64,000 nucleotides of DNA. Source: Mobula hypostoma. Lineage: Eukaryota. The position numbers were made by a program, and so were the translations under genes. Where the stretch lies: positions 55,862,001 through 55,926,000 of the forward strand of contig NC_086105.1 of NCBI RefSeq assembly GCF_963921235.1. Direction: 5' to 3'. How positions within the stretch are numbered: the stretch's first letter is position 1; each line of letters begins with the position of its first letter. Positions 13,230-25,724 of this stretch are shown here, in pieces. The notes under the pieces were generated by a model. It made no database searches, had not been told where the DNA came from, and saw only the letters and a program-made list of their open reading frames with translations.

Positions 13230-14600
13230 CCTCCTCCAAAAGACCTTCGCGGCAATCGGCGCCGATCAAAAGAAAGAGGGCCAGATCCTTTGAGCGAGAC
13301 TGCATCTTCCTATGTCAATTTCCCACGCACGCACGCAAACTGGCTACAGTAACCAGCTCGTCCGCCATGGCTGCTACATTGTATCGAGTTGCCCGACATT
13401 CAGCTCCCATCCTACCGCCGCTCCGTCCCCGCAACGAAAACATTTAAAGGGAGCCCCGCTTCCCCTCTCCCTCCCTCCTCCCCCGAAGACGGTGAGGGAG
13501 CGGCGGGTCCGGAAAAAGTACTCTACCTGGTGGGACTCTTCTTGTCTCCCATAACAGCGTTAAGTCCTCCGGGTTTTGGTTTTATTATTTATTATTGAAA
13601 CCAGTCCGAATGGCTCAGGGCTCCTCTGTTAGCGCCTGGATTTCCCCCTCCCACCCCCCCGCCGCCCCCAGCTGTCCGGTGACTCGCCTCACGTGGCGCG
13701 CCGGGGGCCAACCAGCTCGCGAGGATCCTGGTGAAACGGCCGCCCGCCGCACAAGGCGGTAGGTTTGCACGGCGTCCGTTTTCGCAACCGTGTCGCCGGC
13801 TTTAAACACACACACACACGCACACACCACCCACCCCCGGCGCCGGGAACGGGGGCCAGCCGGCGGGGGTGAGGGCGAGGAACGGCGGCGGCGTGAGACC
13901 AGCCCCGCTCCTGTTAGCAGGTCGCTTGGAACGGGCTGCTTTTTTTCTCTCCCCCCGTCGAGGAGGAAGCGGGGTCCCGCCAGCAGCTTGCACCTCCCCT
14001 CCTAATGAAATGTAATGACATCAGCCGCCCGACGGCAGGATATCAGAGGGCGGCGGTGAATGAATGGGGCCGCGGGAACGGGTGCTACGCTGGCGGCTTA
14101 GGCCGCTGCGCCCTCGAACAAAGGCGCCGGAAAACTCTTTCGCAGTGGTTTCAGTAGTTTGGCAAACTTTGGGTCTGAATTTTACTTTTGAAGTAGGGTA
14201 CCCGTTAAAAAGTTAACGTGCGTGGCAGCATCGGGCGGAGTGACGTTAACGTTATTCGTGCTTTCGGATCCACAGACGGTGGGAGGGTGTTGCAGGTACT
14301 GTATTCCCGAAATTTAGCCGCGAATGAAATGCTTTTGGCTGTTTTTGCACGTAGACCACGTGGTTTCTTATGCTGAGGTTTTGACTCCACCCCCAACTCC
14401 CGTCCCGATGCAGAGGCGTGCACTCTTAAAGCCCCGGTGTATCTGCCTGGTGGTGGCCAAGTGACGGTGCGCAGGGCTCGGATATGATTATTAATTCCAA
14501 CAGCTGCCTTTGAACCCTCTAATCACGTCTTTCTGCGGGGCCCAGCAAGCAATTTAACGACTCCAGCCTGCACTATGTGTCCGCCCTTAAACCGGTATCC
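13230..14600 (-). promoter_or_regulatory. YAF2: CpG island / YAF2 promoter and 5' region
   Basis: Sharp GC and CpG enrichment over exon 1 in an otherwise CpG-depleted window; CACGTG at 13690 and 14357, GCGGGAA at 14072, GC boxes. TSS not determinable. Confidence 0.85.
13527..13552 (-). CDS. YAF2: YY1-associated factor 2, coding exon 1
   Basis: ATGGGAGACAAGAAGAGTCCCACCAG|gtagag = MGDKKSPT(R); 477-nt GT-AG intron to exon 2. Exons 3-4 not seen (left of window). Confidence 0.95.
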
Positions 14601-15064
14601 CCTCCCCACCACGTTACACCAGATCTTGCTGGAAGTCTCATCTGCTAACCTAAATTGTTAACTCTGCTTGATTTTCCACAGAAGTGGCCTGACTTTTCCG
14701 CTTCTGTAACTGGTGGAAGGTGCGCTGTCAAGTGGTACTCGGTGATGCCGTGTTTTAGTTTTCTAGGACTGTTTGACACTTATCTCATCAAACCCTTTAC
14801 TGCGGGCTCCCTGGTAAAACAGAGGTCAAGGGGCATCAAAAGGAAAACACTCCAGAGATCAGAGATACAAGTTCCCACAATGGAGGATGGAAGAAGTTTT
14901 TGCAGAGTTCATCTGTTCCCAGGACATCCCTGAAGGGTTCCTCACATCTGCCCTTCAGGCCCAGTCGTCTTCAGCTGCTTCATCATAGACCTCCCTTGCA
15001 GTGGGGATGACAATGTGTGTACAGTGCTCAGTTCCTCAGCTAACGAAGATGGCAGTGTAGACAT

Positions 15065-15374
15065 ACTTATGCTTACTTATACTTTATTGTCACCGAACAA
15101 TTGATACTAGAGCGTATAATCATCACAGCGATATTTGATTCTGCGCTTCCCGCTCCCTGGAGTACAAATTGATAGTAAATATTAAAAATTTAAATGATAA
15201 ATCATAAATAGAAATGGGGAAAGTAAGGTAGTGCAAAAAAACCGAGAGGCAGGCCGGATATTTGGAGGGTACAGCCCAGATCTGGGTCAGTCTTATCACA
15301 GTTGGAAAGAAGCTGTTCCCAAATCTGGCCATACGAGTCTTCAAGCTCCTGAGCCTTCTCCCGGAGGGAAGAGG
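15065..15374 (-). mobile_element. Rex1/Babar-like LINE 3' end
   Basis: KTRMARFGNSFFPTVIRL C-terminal motif, GACAATAAA and (TAAG)-type tail; GACAT duplication at 15060-15064 and 15375-15379. Confidence 0.7.
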
Positions 15375-15669
15375 GACATGCAGAAGCCTCGGGTGTCATT
15401 AAGACACAGACTGATAAATGGCAGGGAACATTTTTACTGTGAAAGGACTAGACATTGATCAGTATGAGAGAGTTTAGTCCAGGGGTGGCGAACTTAGAGC
15501 ATGCAAAAAAAAACTGTTGCTATGCAGCCTGCAGTGCTGCCCCTCAGTTCTCTGAACCAAACCCCACCCACAATTTAAAAAAAAAGATAAATAATGATTC
15601 TTGTGATCATGAAGATAGATTTTTGGGAGCTAGGTAGAAAGCTGAAAAGTAGAACCTCCAGGCTGGTAA

Positions 15670-16597
15670 TAGAAACATAGAAAATAGGTGCAGGAGTAGG
15701 CCATTCGGCCCTTCGAGCCTGCACCGCCATTTATTATGATCATGGCTGATCATCCAACTCAGAACCCTGTCCCAGCTTTCCCTCCATACCCCCTGACCCC
15801 CGTAGCCACAAGGGCCATATCTAACTCCCTCTTAAATATAGCCAATGAACTGGCCTCAACAGTTTCCTGTGGCAGCGAATTCCACAGATTCACCACTCTC
15901 TGTGTGAAGAAGTTTTTCCTCATCTCGGTCCTAAAAGGCTTCCCCTCTATCCTCAAACTGTGGCCCCTCGTTCTGGACTTCCCCAACATCGGGAACAATC
16001 TTCCTGCATCTAGCCTGTCCAATCCCTTTAGGATCTTATACGTTTCAATCAGATCCCCCCTCAATCTTCTAAATTCCAACGAGTACAAGCCCAGTTCATC
16101 CAGTCTTTCTTCATATGAAAGTCCTGCCATCCCAGGAATCAATCTGGTGAACCTTCTTTGTACTCCCTCTATGGCAAAGATGTCTTTCCTCAGATTAGGG
16201 GACCAAAACTGCACACAATACTCCAGGTGTGGTCTCACCAAGGCCTTGTACAACTGCAGTAGTACCTCCCTGCTCCTGTACTCGAATCCTCTCGCTATAA
16301 ATGCCAGCATACCATTCGCCTTTTTCACCGCCTGCTGTACCTGCATGCCCACTTTCAATGACTGGTGTATAATGACACCCAGGTCTCATTGCACCTCCCC
16401 TTTTCCTAATCGGCCACCATTCATATAATAATCTGTTTTCCTATTTTTGCCACCAAAGTGGATAACTTCACATTTATCCACATTAAATTGCATCTGCCAT
16501 GAATTTGCCCACTCACCCAACCTATCCAAGTCACCCTGCATCCTCTTAGCATCCTCCTCACTGCTAACACTGCCATCCAGCTTCGTGTCATCCGCAA
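15670..16597 (-). mobile_element. Young 5'-truncated CR1
   Basis: Open 199-aa frame (LYKALVRPHLEYCVQFWSP...RTRGHSL...FFTQRVVNLWNSLP) and TTTCTATGTTTCTAT tail; splits ORF1 of the host CR1. Confidence 0.92.
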
Positions 16598-19500
16598 TCT
16601 CTGGATTGCTGCCTGTGCCATGTGCCAGTGAGGGTAAGAATAGGGTGACTTGGCAGGTAAATGTGAAACTGAGGAACTGGTGCTGGGGGGGGGGGTCAGG
16701 GTTTCAGATTTCTGGATCATTGGGAGCTCTTCTGGGGGAAGGTGTGACCGGTACAAAAGGTACGGGTTACACCTGAACCCTAGGGGGACCAATATCCTTG
16801 TGAGCAGGTTTGCCGGAATTATTGGGGAGGGTTTAAATTCATTTGGCGGGGGTGGGTGGGAAACAGTGACAGGGCATTTGGTGTACAAGCAGAGGCAGTG
16901 TGTAGTGAGACTGTCAGAAAGGACAGGCAGATGACAGGGAAAAATTGCAGTCAGTGGGATGAGTTGTAGTGTAACGGGACAAAATCGAAAAGTGTGATGA
17001 ATACAGGACTGATGGTGTTGTATCTGAATGCACGCAGTATGAGGAATAAGGTAGCACAGTTAGAGATTGGCAGGTATGACGTTGTGGGCATCAATGAGTC
17101 ACGGCTGAAAGGAGATTATAATTAGAAAGTTGACATCCAAGGATACACATTGTGCTTGTACTATTTCAGTTTGACATTGGGAGTGGTCTGAGGGCTTGAG
17201 CGTAAACTGCCCAACAGCAGGGATAGGCTGGGTCCTGGGTGGTGAAAGAGCAGTGGGTCTCTAATGATGTGGTGTGTGTCGAGTTTCTGCGAGCCTCATT
17301 GTGGGAGCTGCACTGACTGTGTGCAAGGACAGGAATGACATACAGAAGGGAAGTGGAGTTAGTTAACAGATGCATGGGCAATGTCATCTCCTAGTCCAGC
17401 CCAGTATGAGTTGCTGAGATGGGGGAGTTGAATGATGTTCCATCTTCTCCTGACTCAGGTTCTTCAGAGTGATTAGATCATTACAATAGGAAATTCCAAG
17501 TAAATTTATTGTCAAAGTGCATGTATGTTACCATGTTCTATCCTGAGATTAATTTTCTTGAAGGCATTTACAGGAAAGTAAAGAAATACAATAGAATTTA
17601 CAAAAAACTATACATAAAGACTGACCACTAATGTGCAAAAGAAGACAAACTGTGCAAATAAAAATAATACTGAGAACATGAGTTGTAAAGAGCCCTTGAA
17701 AGTGAGCCTGATGTTGTTAGGGTATTAACTGTTCCTGAACCTGGTGGTGTGGGACCTAAGACATCCACGCCTTCAGCTCAGTGGAGGTAGCGAGAACAGA
17801 GCATGGCCTGGATGATGGGTGTCCTTGACAATAGGTGTTGCTGTTTTGCATGCAGTATAAAGAATAAAAATAGATGATCTTCTAGTGCAGTTAGAGACTG
17901 GCGGGTATGACATTGTGGGCATCACTGAGTTGCAGCTGAAAGAAGATTATAGTTGGGAGCTGAACATCCAAGGATACATATTGTAATGAAAGGAAAAGCA
18001 AGAAGGCATGGGGAAGGCATGGGGGTGGCATGGCTGTGTTGGTAAAAGTGAAATCAAATCCTCTAAAAAGAGGTGATCAAGGATTAGAAGATATAGAATT
18101 GTTGTGGGTAGAGTTAAGGAACTGCAAGAGTTAAAAGACCTTTATGGGAGATACAAAATGCACGTCAAAAAGGCAATATTCTGGTAGTCCTGGGGGATTT
18201 CAATATGCAGGGAAATTGGGGGAAATCATGTGGTGCTGGATCCCAAGAGAGAATTTGTAAAATGCCTATGAGGTGGCTTTTTAGAACAGCTTTTAATTGA
18301 GCCCACCAGGGGATCAGCTATTCAGGATTGGGTGTTGTGTAATAAACTGGATTTGATTAGGGAGCTTAAGGTAATGGAACACTTAGGAGACAGTGATCAT
18401 AATATGATAGAATTCACTTTGGAATTTGAGAAGGAGAAGCTAAGATCAGCTGTATCAGTATTACAGTGGAATAAATGAAATTACAGAGGCATGAGAGAGG
18501 AGCTGGCCAAAGATGATTGGAAGGGGACACCAGCAGCGAAGACAACAGAGATGGAGTTGGAGTTTCCTGGGACAACTCGGAAGGTGCAAGATAGATACAT
18601 CCCAAAGAAAAAGTAATATTTTTAAGGCAGGATAACGCAACCGTGGCTGAGAAGGGAAGTCAAAGCCAACATAAAGGCGAGAGCATATAATAGAGTAAAA
18701 ATTAGTGGGAAGTTAGAAGATTGGAAAGCTTTTTATAAAAATAACAGAAAACAACTAAAAAAGCCATATGGAAGGAACAGATGAATAGGAAGGTAAGCTA
18801 GCCAATAATATTAAAGAGGGTACCAAAAGATTTTTTTCGGATATATAAAGCATAAAAGAGAGGTGAGAGTGGATATTGGACCATTGGAAAATGGCACTGG
18901 AAAGATAGAAATGGAGGACAAGGAAATGGCAGATAAACCAAGTAAGTATTTTGTGTTCGTTTTCACTCTGGAAGACACCAGCAGTATGCCAGAAGTTTGA
19001 CAGTTTCGGGCAGAAGTAAGTGTAGTTGCTATTTCTAGAGAGAAGGTTCTTGGGACACTGAAAGATCTGAAGGTAGGTAAGTCACCTGGACCAGATAGAC
19101 TATACCTCATGGTTCTGAAAGAGGTAGCAGAAGAGATTGTAGAGGCATTAGTAATGATCTTCCAAGAATCACTTTGTTCTGGAGGGCTGGGAAATTTCAG
19201 ATGCCACTCCACTCTTCGAGAAGGGTGGGGGGGGGGCGCAGGTAGAAGAAAGGAAATTAAGGATGAGGTTTTGTGGTAGTTGGAGGCAGATGATAAAATA
19301 GGCTAAAGTCAGCATGGTTTCCTTAAAGGGAAAATCTTGCCTGACAAATCTGTTGTAATTCTTTGAAGAAATAACAAGCAGAATAGACAAAGGAGAATAA
19401 GTGGTTATTGTGTACTGGGATTCTTAGAAGGCAGTTGACAAGGTGCCACAGATAAGGCTGCATAGCAGGGTAAGTGCCCATGGTATTATAGGAAAGATAC

Positions 19501-19644
19501 TAGCTTGGATAGGGCATTGGCTGATTGGCGAGAGGCAAAGAGTGGGAAGAAAGAGAGCTTCTTCTGATGCGGGTGACTAGTGGTATTCTGCAGGGATCAG
19601 TGTTGGGACCGCTTTTTACATTATATGTTAATGATTTGGATGAT

Positions 19645-20166
19645 GCTTTCCTGGTGTCATGGATTCTTGATTACCTGACTGGCAGACCACAGTACGTGTG
19701 CTTGCAACATTGTGTGTCCGACAGAGTGATCAGCAGCACTGGGGCTCCACAGGGAACTCATAAGGCCGGTGATGTTGTGGGGATGGAACTGGACTCTCTG
19801 ACGGTGGTGTTTGAAAAGAGGATGCTGTCCAAGTTGAATGCCATCTTGGACAATGTCTCCCATCCACTACATAATGTACTGGTTGGGCACAAGAGTACAT
19901 TCAGCCAGAGACTCATTCCATCGAGATGCAACACAGAGCATCATAGGAAGTCATTCCTGCCTGTGGCCATCAAACTTTACAACTCCCCCCTTGGAGGGTC
20001 AGACACCCTGAGCCAATAGGCTGGTCCTGGACTTATTTCCTGGCATAATTTACATATTACTATTTAACTATTTATGGTTTTATTACTATTTATTATTTAT
20101 GGTGCAACTGTAACGAAAACCAATTTCCCCCGGGATCAATAAAGTATGACTATGACTATGACTATG
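19645..20166 (+). mobile_element. Rex1/Babar-like LINE, 5'-truncated and internally deleted
   Basis: WILDYLTGRPQYV...STGAPQGT joined directly to HKAGDVVG...KSFLPVAIKLYN; AATAAA and (TATGAC)3 tail. Confidence 0.85.
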
Positions 20167-21240
20167 AATTGATGGTTTTGTAGACAAGCTTGCAGACGAT
20201 ACGAAGATAGATGCAGGAGCAGGAAGTGATAAGGATGAAGGGAGGCTGCAGAAGGGCTTAGACAGATTGGGAGAATGGGAAAGTAAGTGGCAGATGGCTG
20301 TGTACATACATCTACTGATGCCTCTGGACACATCTTCAGTGATGTTCCTGAAATCATCGTGTGTTTCGGGTCTTTCAACATTTAACACCCTCCTCCGGGC
20401 TGATCAGACCCTGGAATACAGTGTTGGGAAGTGTATGGCCGTGCATTCTGGTAGAAGGAATAAAAGTGTTTTCTAAATGGAAAGAAAATTTAAAAATCTG
20501 AGGTGCAAAGGGATGTGGGAGTCTTTGTGTAGGATTCCCTGAAGGATAACTTGCAGGTTGAGTGGTGATGAGGAAGGGAAATGTAGCAGTAGCATTCATT
20601 TTGAGAGGATTAGAACAGATAAACAAAGATATATTACTGAGGCTTTATAAGACACTGGTGAGGTCTCACTTAGAGTGTTGAGAGCAGCTTTAGACCCCTT
20701 ATCTAAGAAGGGATGTGCTGGCATTGGAGAGGGTTCAAAGGAGGTTCATAAGAATGATTCTGGGAATGAAAGGCTTATCATATGTGGAGTGTTTAATGGC
20801 TCTGGGCCTGAATTTGCTGGAATTCAGAAGGATGAGGAGGGAATCCCATTGAAACCTATCAAATGTTGAATGGCCTATATAGAGTGGATGTGGAGAGCAT
20901 GTTTCCTACGGTGGGGGAATGCAGGACCAGAGGGCATAGCCTCAGAATAGAGGGATGTTTATTTAGAATGGAAATAAGGAGGAATTTCTGTAGCCAGAGG
21001 GTGGTGAATCTGTGGAATTCATTGCCTCAGGTGACTGTGGAGGCCAGATGATTGGGTGTATACAAGTCAAAGGTTAATAGATTCTTGATAAGTCAGGGCA
21101 TGAAAGGTTATGAGGAGAAAGCAGGAGATAGAGATTTTGAGAGCGAATTGGAGCAGCCATGATCAAATGGCAGAGAAACTTGAGGGGCTGAATGGCCTAA
21201 TTCTGTTCCTATGTCTTATGGTCTTATTATCTTTACTGCC

Positions 21241-21835
21241 AAATTAGATTAGATTCAACTTTATTGTCATTGTGCCGAGTACAGATACAAAGCCAATGAA
21301 ATGCAGTTAAAATCTAACCAGAAATGCAAAGAATAGTGTTATTTACAAAATAACTGTGAATAAAAAGTAAGTGCTACAGCACACAAATATAAAAGTACTG
21401 AGACAGTACAATATGGGTGCAATATTGCTTAGCACTGTGATGTGAGGTTCAGCAGGGTTACAGCCTCAGGGAAGAAGCTCTTCTTGTGCCTGCTGGTGCG
21501 GGAGCAGAGGCTCCTGTAGCGCCTACTGGATGGGAGGAGAGTAAAAAGTCCATTGTTAGGGTGAGATGCATCCTTGATAATGCTTTTCGCCCTGCCCAGG
21601 CAGTGTTTATGGTAGATGTTCTCAATGGTGGGCAATTGGGTGCCGATAATCTGCTGGGCAGTTTTCACCACATGCTGGAGTGCTTTGCGGTCCGATACAG
21701 GACAATTGCCATACCACACTGAGATGCAGTTGGTGAGTATGCTGTCAATGGTACAGTGGTAAAAGTCTGTCAGTATCCTGGGACAGAGGTGAGCTTTCTT
21801 GATGCTCCACAGGAAATAAAGGTGGTATTGTGTTT
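21241..21835 (-). mobile_element. Rex1/Babar-like LINE 3' end with (AATCT)n tail
   Basis: WYGNCPVSDRKALQHVVKTAQQIIG...DASHP...KKSFFPEAVTLLN. Confidence 0.8.
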
Positions 21836-22403
21836 TGAAATCCTCGCTGATTATGTGTTAACTAGGATGCCGTGCACAATCCTGATTTGATGGAGATAGC
21901 CATGAGAGCACGGAGGAACACCTGGAGAAACTTCTGAATGCCCACTTCGCTGCCGCTGCTACTGTGCGATCGAGAATCCTCGGCTTTGCCTATTGCCTGT
22001 TGCCGGGGTCGAAGCGCTCGGCAGAGATGGTGCTCGGTGTCAGAGGACTGGTCGGAGGCTCAGAGTTTTCGGACAGACTCGGAGTCGGACTGTGGTCGGA
22101 TGCTTCCAGGATGCTGCATCAGCAAGTTTGCGGCGCTGGAGGTTTACCGTCTGCGTGAGATGATGGGACTTTCGAGAGACTTTTGAGACTTTTACCATGC
22201 CCATGGTCTGTTCTTATCAGATTACGGTATTGCTGTGCACTGTTGTAACTATATGTTATAATTATGTGGTTTTTGTCAGTTTTTAAGTCGGTTTGTCATG
22301 TGTTTCTGTGATATCATTCTGGAAAAACATTGTATCATTTCTTAATGCATGCATTACTAAATGACAATAAAAGAGGACTGTGTGTCCTTATAATCTAATC
22401 TAA
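21836..22403 (+). mobile_element. Non-coding retroelement with Rex-like 3' end and (AATCT)n tail
   Basis: CpG-rich body, GACAATAAA signal, TAATCTAATCTAAT tail; no recognisable ORF. Confidence 0.55.
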
Positions 22404-24609
22404 TAACAGTACATAACAGTATTTGGACAAAAAACATTTGGGCCAAATGGCATTAGCTTTGCTCTGCTATTTTTTAACCTTCTGTTGTTCGTGAGTGAAC
22501 TCTGGATAGCCAATCGATGAATATTTATTTTTCAATTGTCTTTGAAAAATTAATATTCATTTTGAACAGGTTGTCTAAAATGCTTCATTTATTTCAATCT
22601 GTCTGTTATACTTTTATTAATAAAATGTATAGTGTGGAGTATAAAAGTTGCATTAATAACAATGAATTCACATAAATAAACAGTAGGGCGCAAGATAAGC
22701 ACATGGATGATAGAAAATGGAAGATTATGTAGGAGGGAAGGACAGATTGAATTTAGAGTGGGCTGCAGAGTCGACACATTGTGGGCTACCAATAGCAGTG
22801 CCTGTACTGTGCTGTTAATCCTTTTTTCTTCAATGCTGTAATTATTGTTACTAATTTATCAATGATAATCTCTGCTCAAAATTACCATGGCATGTTGGGA
22901 CTTATTTTTATTGCCAATTTGGGCACAAGCTTGCAAAGTTTGCCATCCCTGGTCTAGTCTATCTTAACGTTGCAATGCCATACTGAGCGAGCCCCGAAGC
23001 ATTATAATCCGGAGAGTCATCTTTGTCCAGAAATTGTGGCTGCAGAAATGGGTATCGTGCAACACTGACTCAATTCTTTCCATTTGTAAAATAGGTCTGT
23101 AGTGATTCTAATGGATTTATTAAGTGTGCCTGCAAGAAAATTAATCTCGTGATTATATATGGTGACAATATGTGCCTTGATAGTAAATTTGCTTTGAACT
23201 TAGAAGGAATATTCCCCATTTGTCTGCATGAATACAACATTAGCTCCTGTCAGCGATTCAAGACAGTCACCCACTTGGTTGGCACCGCACCCTGAATGTA
23301 CTATACATTCCCCCCACACTAGTGCACTGTGACACCACTGCGCGTGCCGTCTACAGAACACACTGCAGTTACTTGTCCAGGCTCCTCCAATAGTACATCC
23401 AAGCTTGCATCCTCTATTGCTAAGGACAAGGGGATCACCACCACCTGCAGGTTGCCCTCAAAGTATCAAACCCTTTGACTTGGAAATATATCACCGTCAT
23501 TGTCCCTGTGTAAGAGTCCTGGGATTGCTACCAACAGCATTGTGGAAGCACCTTCATCAGTAAGACTGTAGCCTTCATGCAAGCAGCCTACCCTCACCTA
23601 CACTGTGCAATTAAGGGCATTGATGGCTTTGTAAACAGTGTCCTAATCCCACCCCCCCGCAAAAAAAAATGTTTATTTATTTTCCCCTGTTTCAATTAGA
23701 TCAAAATTCCAGAAGTTAGAAGTCCTTAACAGGTCAGGCAGCAGCTGTGGAGAGAAAATCAGACAAAATATTTCAGATTTATGACGTAGTACTTTTTTTT
23801 CTGCAGCTGACTTTTGGTATTGCCTGAACCAGCGCTGCAAGATCCCTCTGTGCAACAGTTGCTGATATTTCACTGTAATTATGGTTTTATTTCTGCCAAA
23901 TGCACAGCCTCACATTTTTCTACCCCCAATTCCATCTGCCACTTTCCTGACCACTCACTTCACTTATCCATATCACCTTGCAAACATTTTTCATCTTCCT
24001 CACATCTCTTGTCCCAATTTAGCTTGTATCATCACAGTCCTCCATCTGTCATTAATATAAAATGTGTAGAGTTGAGAGCTCAGTACTGATCAGACTCATT
24101 TTATTCCAAATCTCTGATCCTGTTTTCTGTGCTTCTGTTACCTTAACAGTGTGAACTTTTATCTAACGTAGTAATCCTTTATCTGTGCCCTTCTATATGT
24201 TCAACCCAGTGGTTCTCCCATATCTACCCTGATTAACTGCATCCTCAGAATACAACTGGATTTGTCCAACACTGGTAATAAAATTGATTCAAAAGGTAAA
24301 ATGTTAAAAGAACACACTGGCTGATTTTTTTTTCTTTATTGAGTTGACACATAAAGGCCAAAAATTGTGTCACTACGTCACACTTGTCTAGATTAAATTC
24401 CATCTGCCTCCTTCCTGTCCAGATTAACACCTGCAGTATCTTTAGATAATCTTCTTTGCTATCTGTGACCACAATTTTTGTGTTGTTCACTATCAGAGTT
24501 TCTACAGGATATTTATGTGTAGTATATTTCAAATCACAAAGGCCCCTCCACTGACCCCTGCAGTCTGCCAATTGTTCCACCCTTCTACTACCTACTGCCT
24601 CCTATTCAA

Positions 24610-25140
24610 TAGGTACATTTAATGCCAGAAAAATGTATACAATGTACATCCTGAAGTTATTTTTCTTTGCAAACATCCATAAAAAAAGAGTGCCCCAAAG
24701 AATGAATGACAGTTAAATGTTAGAATCCCAAAGCCCCCCCCCACCAACTCCCCCCTCCCATGCACAAGCAGCAGCAAGGCCACGACCACCCCCCCCCCAG
24801 CAGCAAAAATGTATCGGCACCCTCCACTGAGCACTCAAGTGTGCAGCAAAGCACCAATAAAGACACAGGCTTGCAGTATGCCAAAGATTACTCGTTCACC
24901 TGGTAATTTGGCATACCACAGTGTCTGTGTATGTGTGTGTGTCTCTCTTTCCCCCCCTCCCCCTCCCCCCTCCCTCTCTCTCTCCTTCTCCCTCCCTCCC
25001 TCTTCCCCTCGCTCCCCCCCCTCAGTAGGGAAAAAAGAGATGTCCCCATTTCACAGCGAGAGAGGAGACATAACAAAACAACTCGCAGATTTATGGTGTT
25101 AAAAGTCCATTGCATCGCTTTTTCCGAGCTCTGTGCCACT
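24610..25140 (-). mobile_element. 5'-truncated non-autonomous retroelement, same family as 39945-40748
   Basis: Shares GGCACAGAGCTCGGAAAAAGC...TCGCTGTGAAATGG and the CATTAAATGTACCT 3' end with the 40-kb copy. Confidence 0.7.
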
Positions 25141-25724
25141 GGGCACACCGCCAACAGCAGTCAGATCCAGTTTGCCAACAATCCTCAGCTCTCTTGTGCC
25201 GTAACCTTCTGGACCAGCCTACCTGTGGGTCCTTAAGTTCATGTAAACCAGCATTGCTATTCTGATTGCCTCAATACTCCGAGTTACTCAGAATGGTCAG
25301 AGCCTCAGATATTGTGGATCTGCAAATGTCCTGGAGGTTTATCCACCCTACTGTGTTGCAATATCTTCAGCAATTCCTCCTTCCTGATACAGACGTGCTC
25401 CTGAACATCAGCATAGCCCTTCTTTAACTCAATGGCTTCCACATCCTTCTCCCAAGGAGATAATATTGAGAAGTATTCAGTGAGGGCCTCCTTCACATCT
25501 CTTGGCTTAAAATATGGATTGTCCCTTTGGTGCATGAGGAGACCAACTCTCTGCTCTTAGATATCCCTCTTGTTTCTCGCAAAAAAGCTTTAGGATTCTC
25601 CTTAATCCTACTTACCAATGTCATTTCCTGGCACCTTTTTGTCTTCTTAGTTCTTTCCTAAGTTGTCTTTTGTACTATTTATTTATTTTACATTGTACTG
25701 CTGCTGGAAAAAAAAACAACATAT

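Larger units (their letters stand above)
15605..21226 (+). mobile_element. Near full-length degraded CR1 (ORF1 esterase C-terminus, endonuclease, RT, tail)
   Basis: ISGLLPVP...GLHLNPRGTNIL (ORF1), LYLNARS/YDVVGI (APE), QGSVLGP/ADDTK (RT), tail TATGTCTTATGGTCTTAT; many stops and at least four inserts. Confidence 0.85.
15480..22951. mobile_element. hAT (Charlie-type) element inflated to 7.5 kb by nested retroelements
   Basis: TIRs CAGGGGTGGCGAACTT / AAGTTTGCCATCCCTG (14/16); 8-bp TSD GTTTAGTC (15472-15479) / GTCTAGTC (22952-22959), resembling the NTCTAGAN Charlie target. Confidence 0.85.
14780..23655 (+). mobile_element. Ancient CR1-like LINE, fragmented; outer host of a nested stack
   Basis: Collinear decayed RT/3' segments at ~14780-15064, 15375-15479 and 22952-23655 that read continuously once the inserts are removed. 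Confidence 0.6.
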
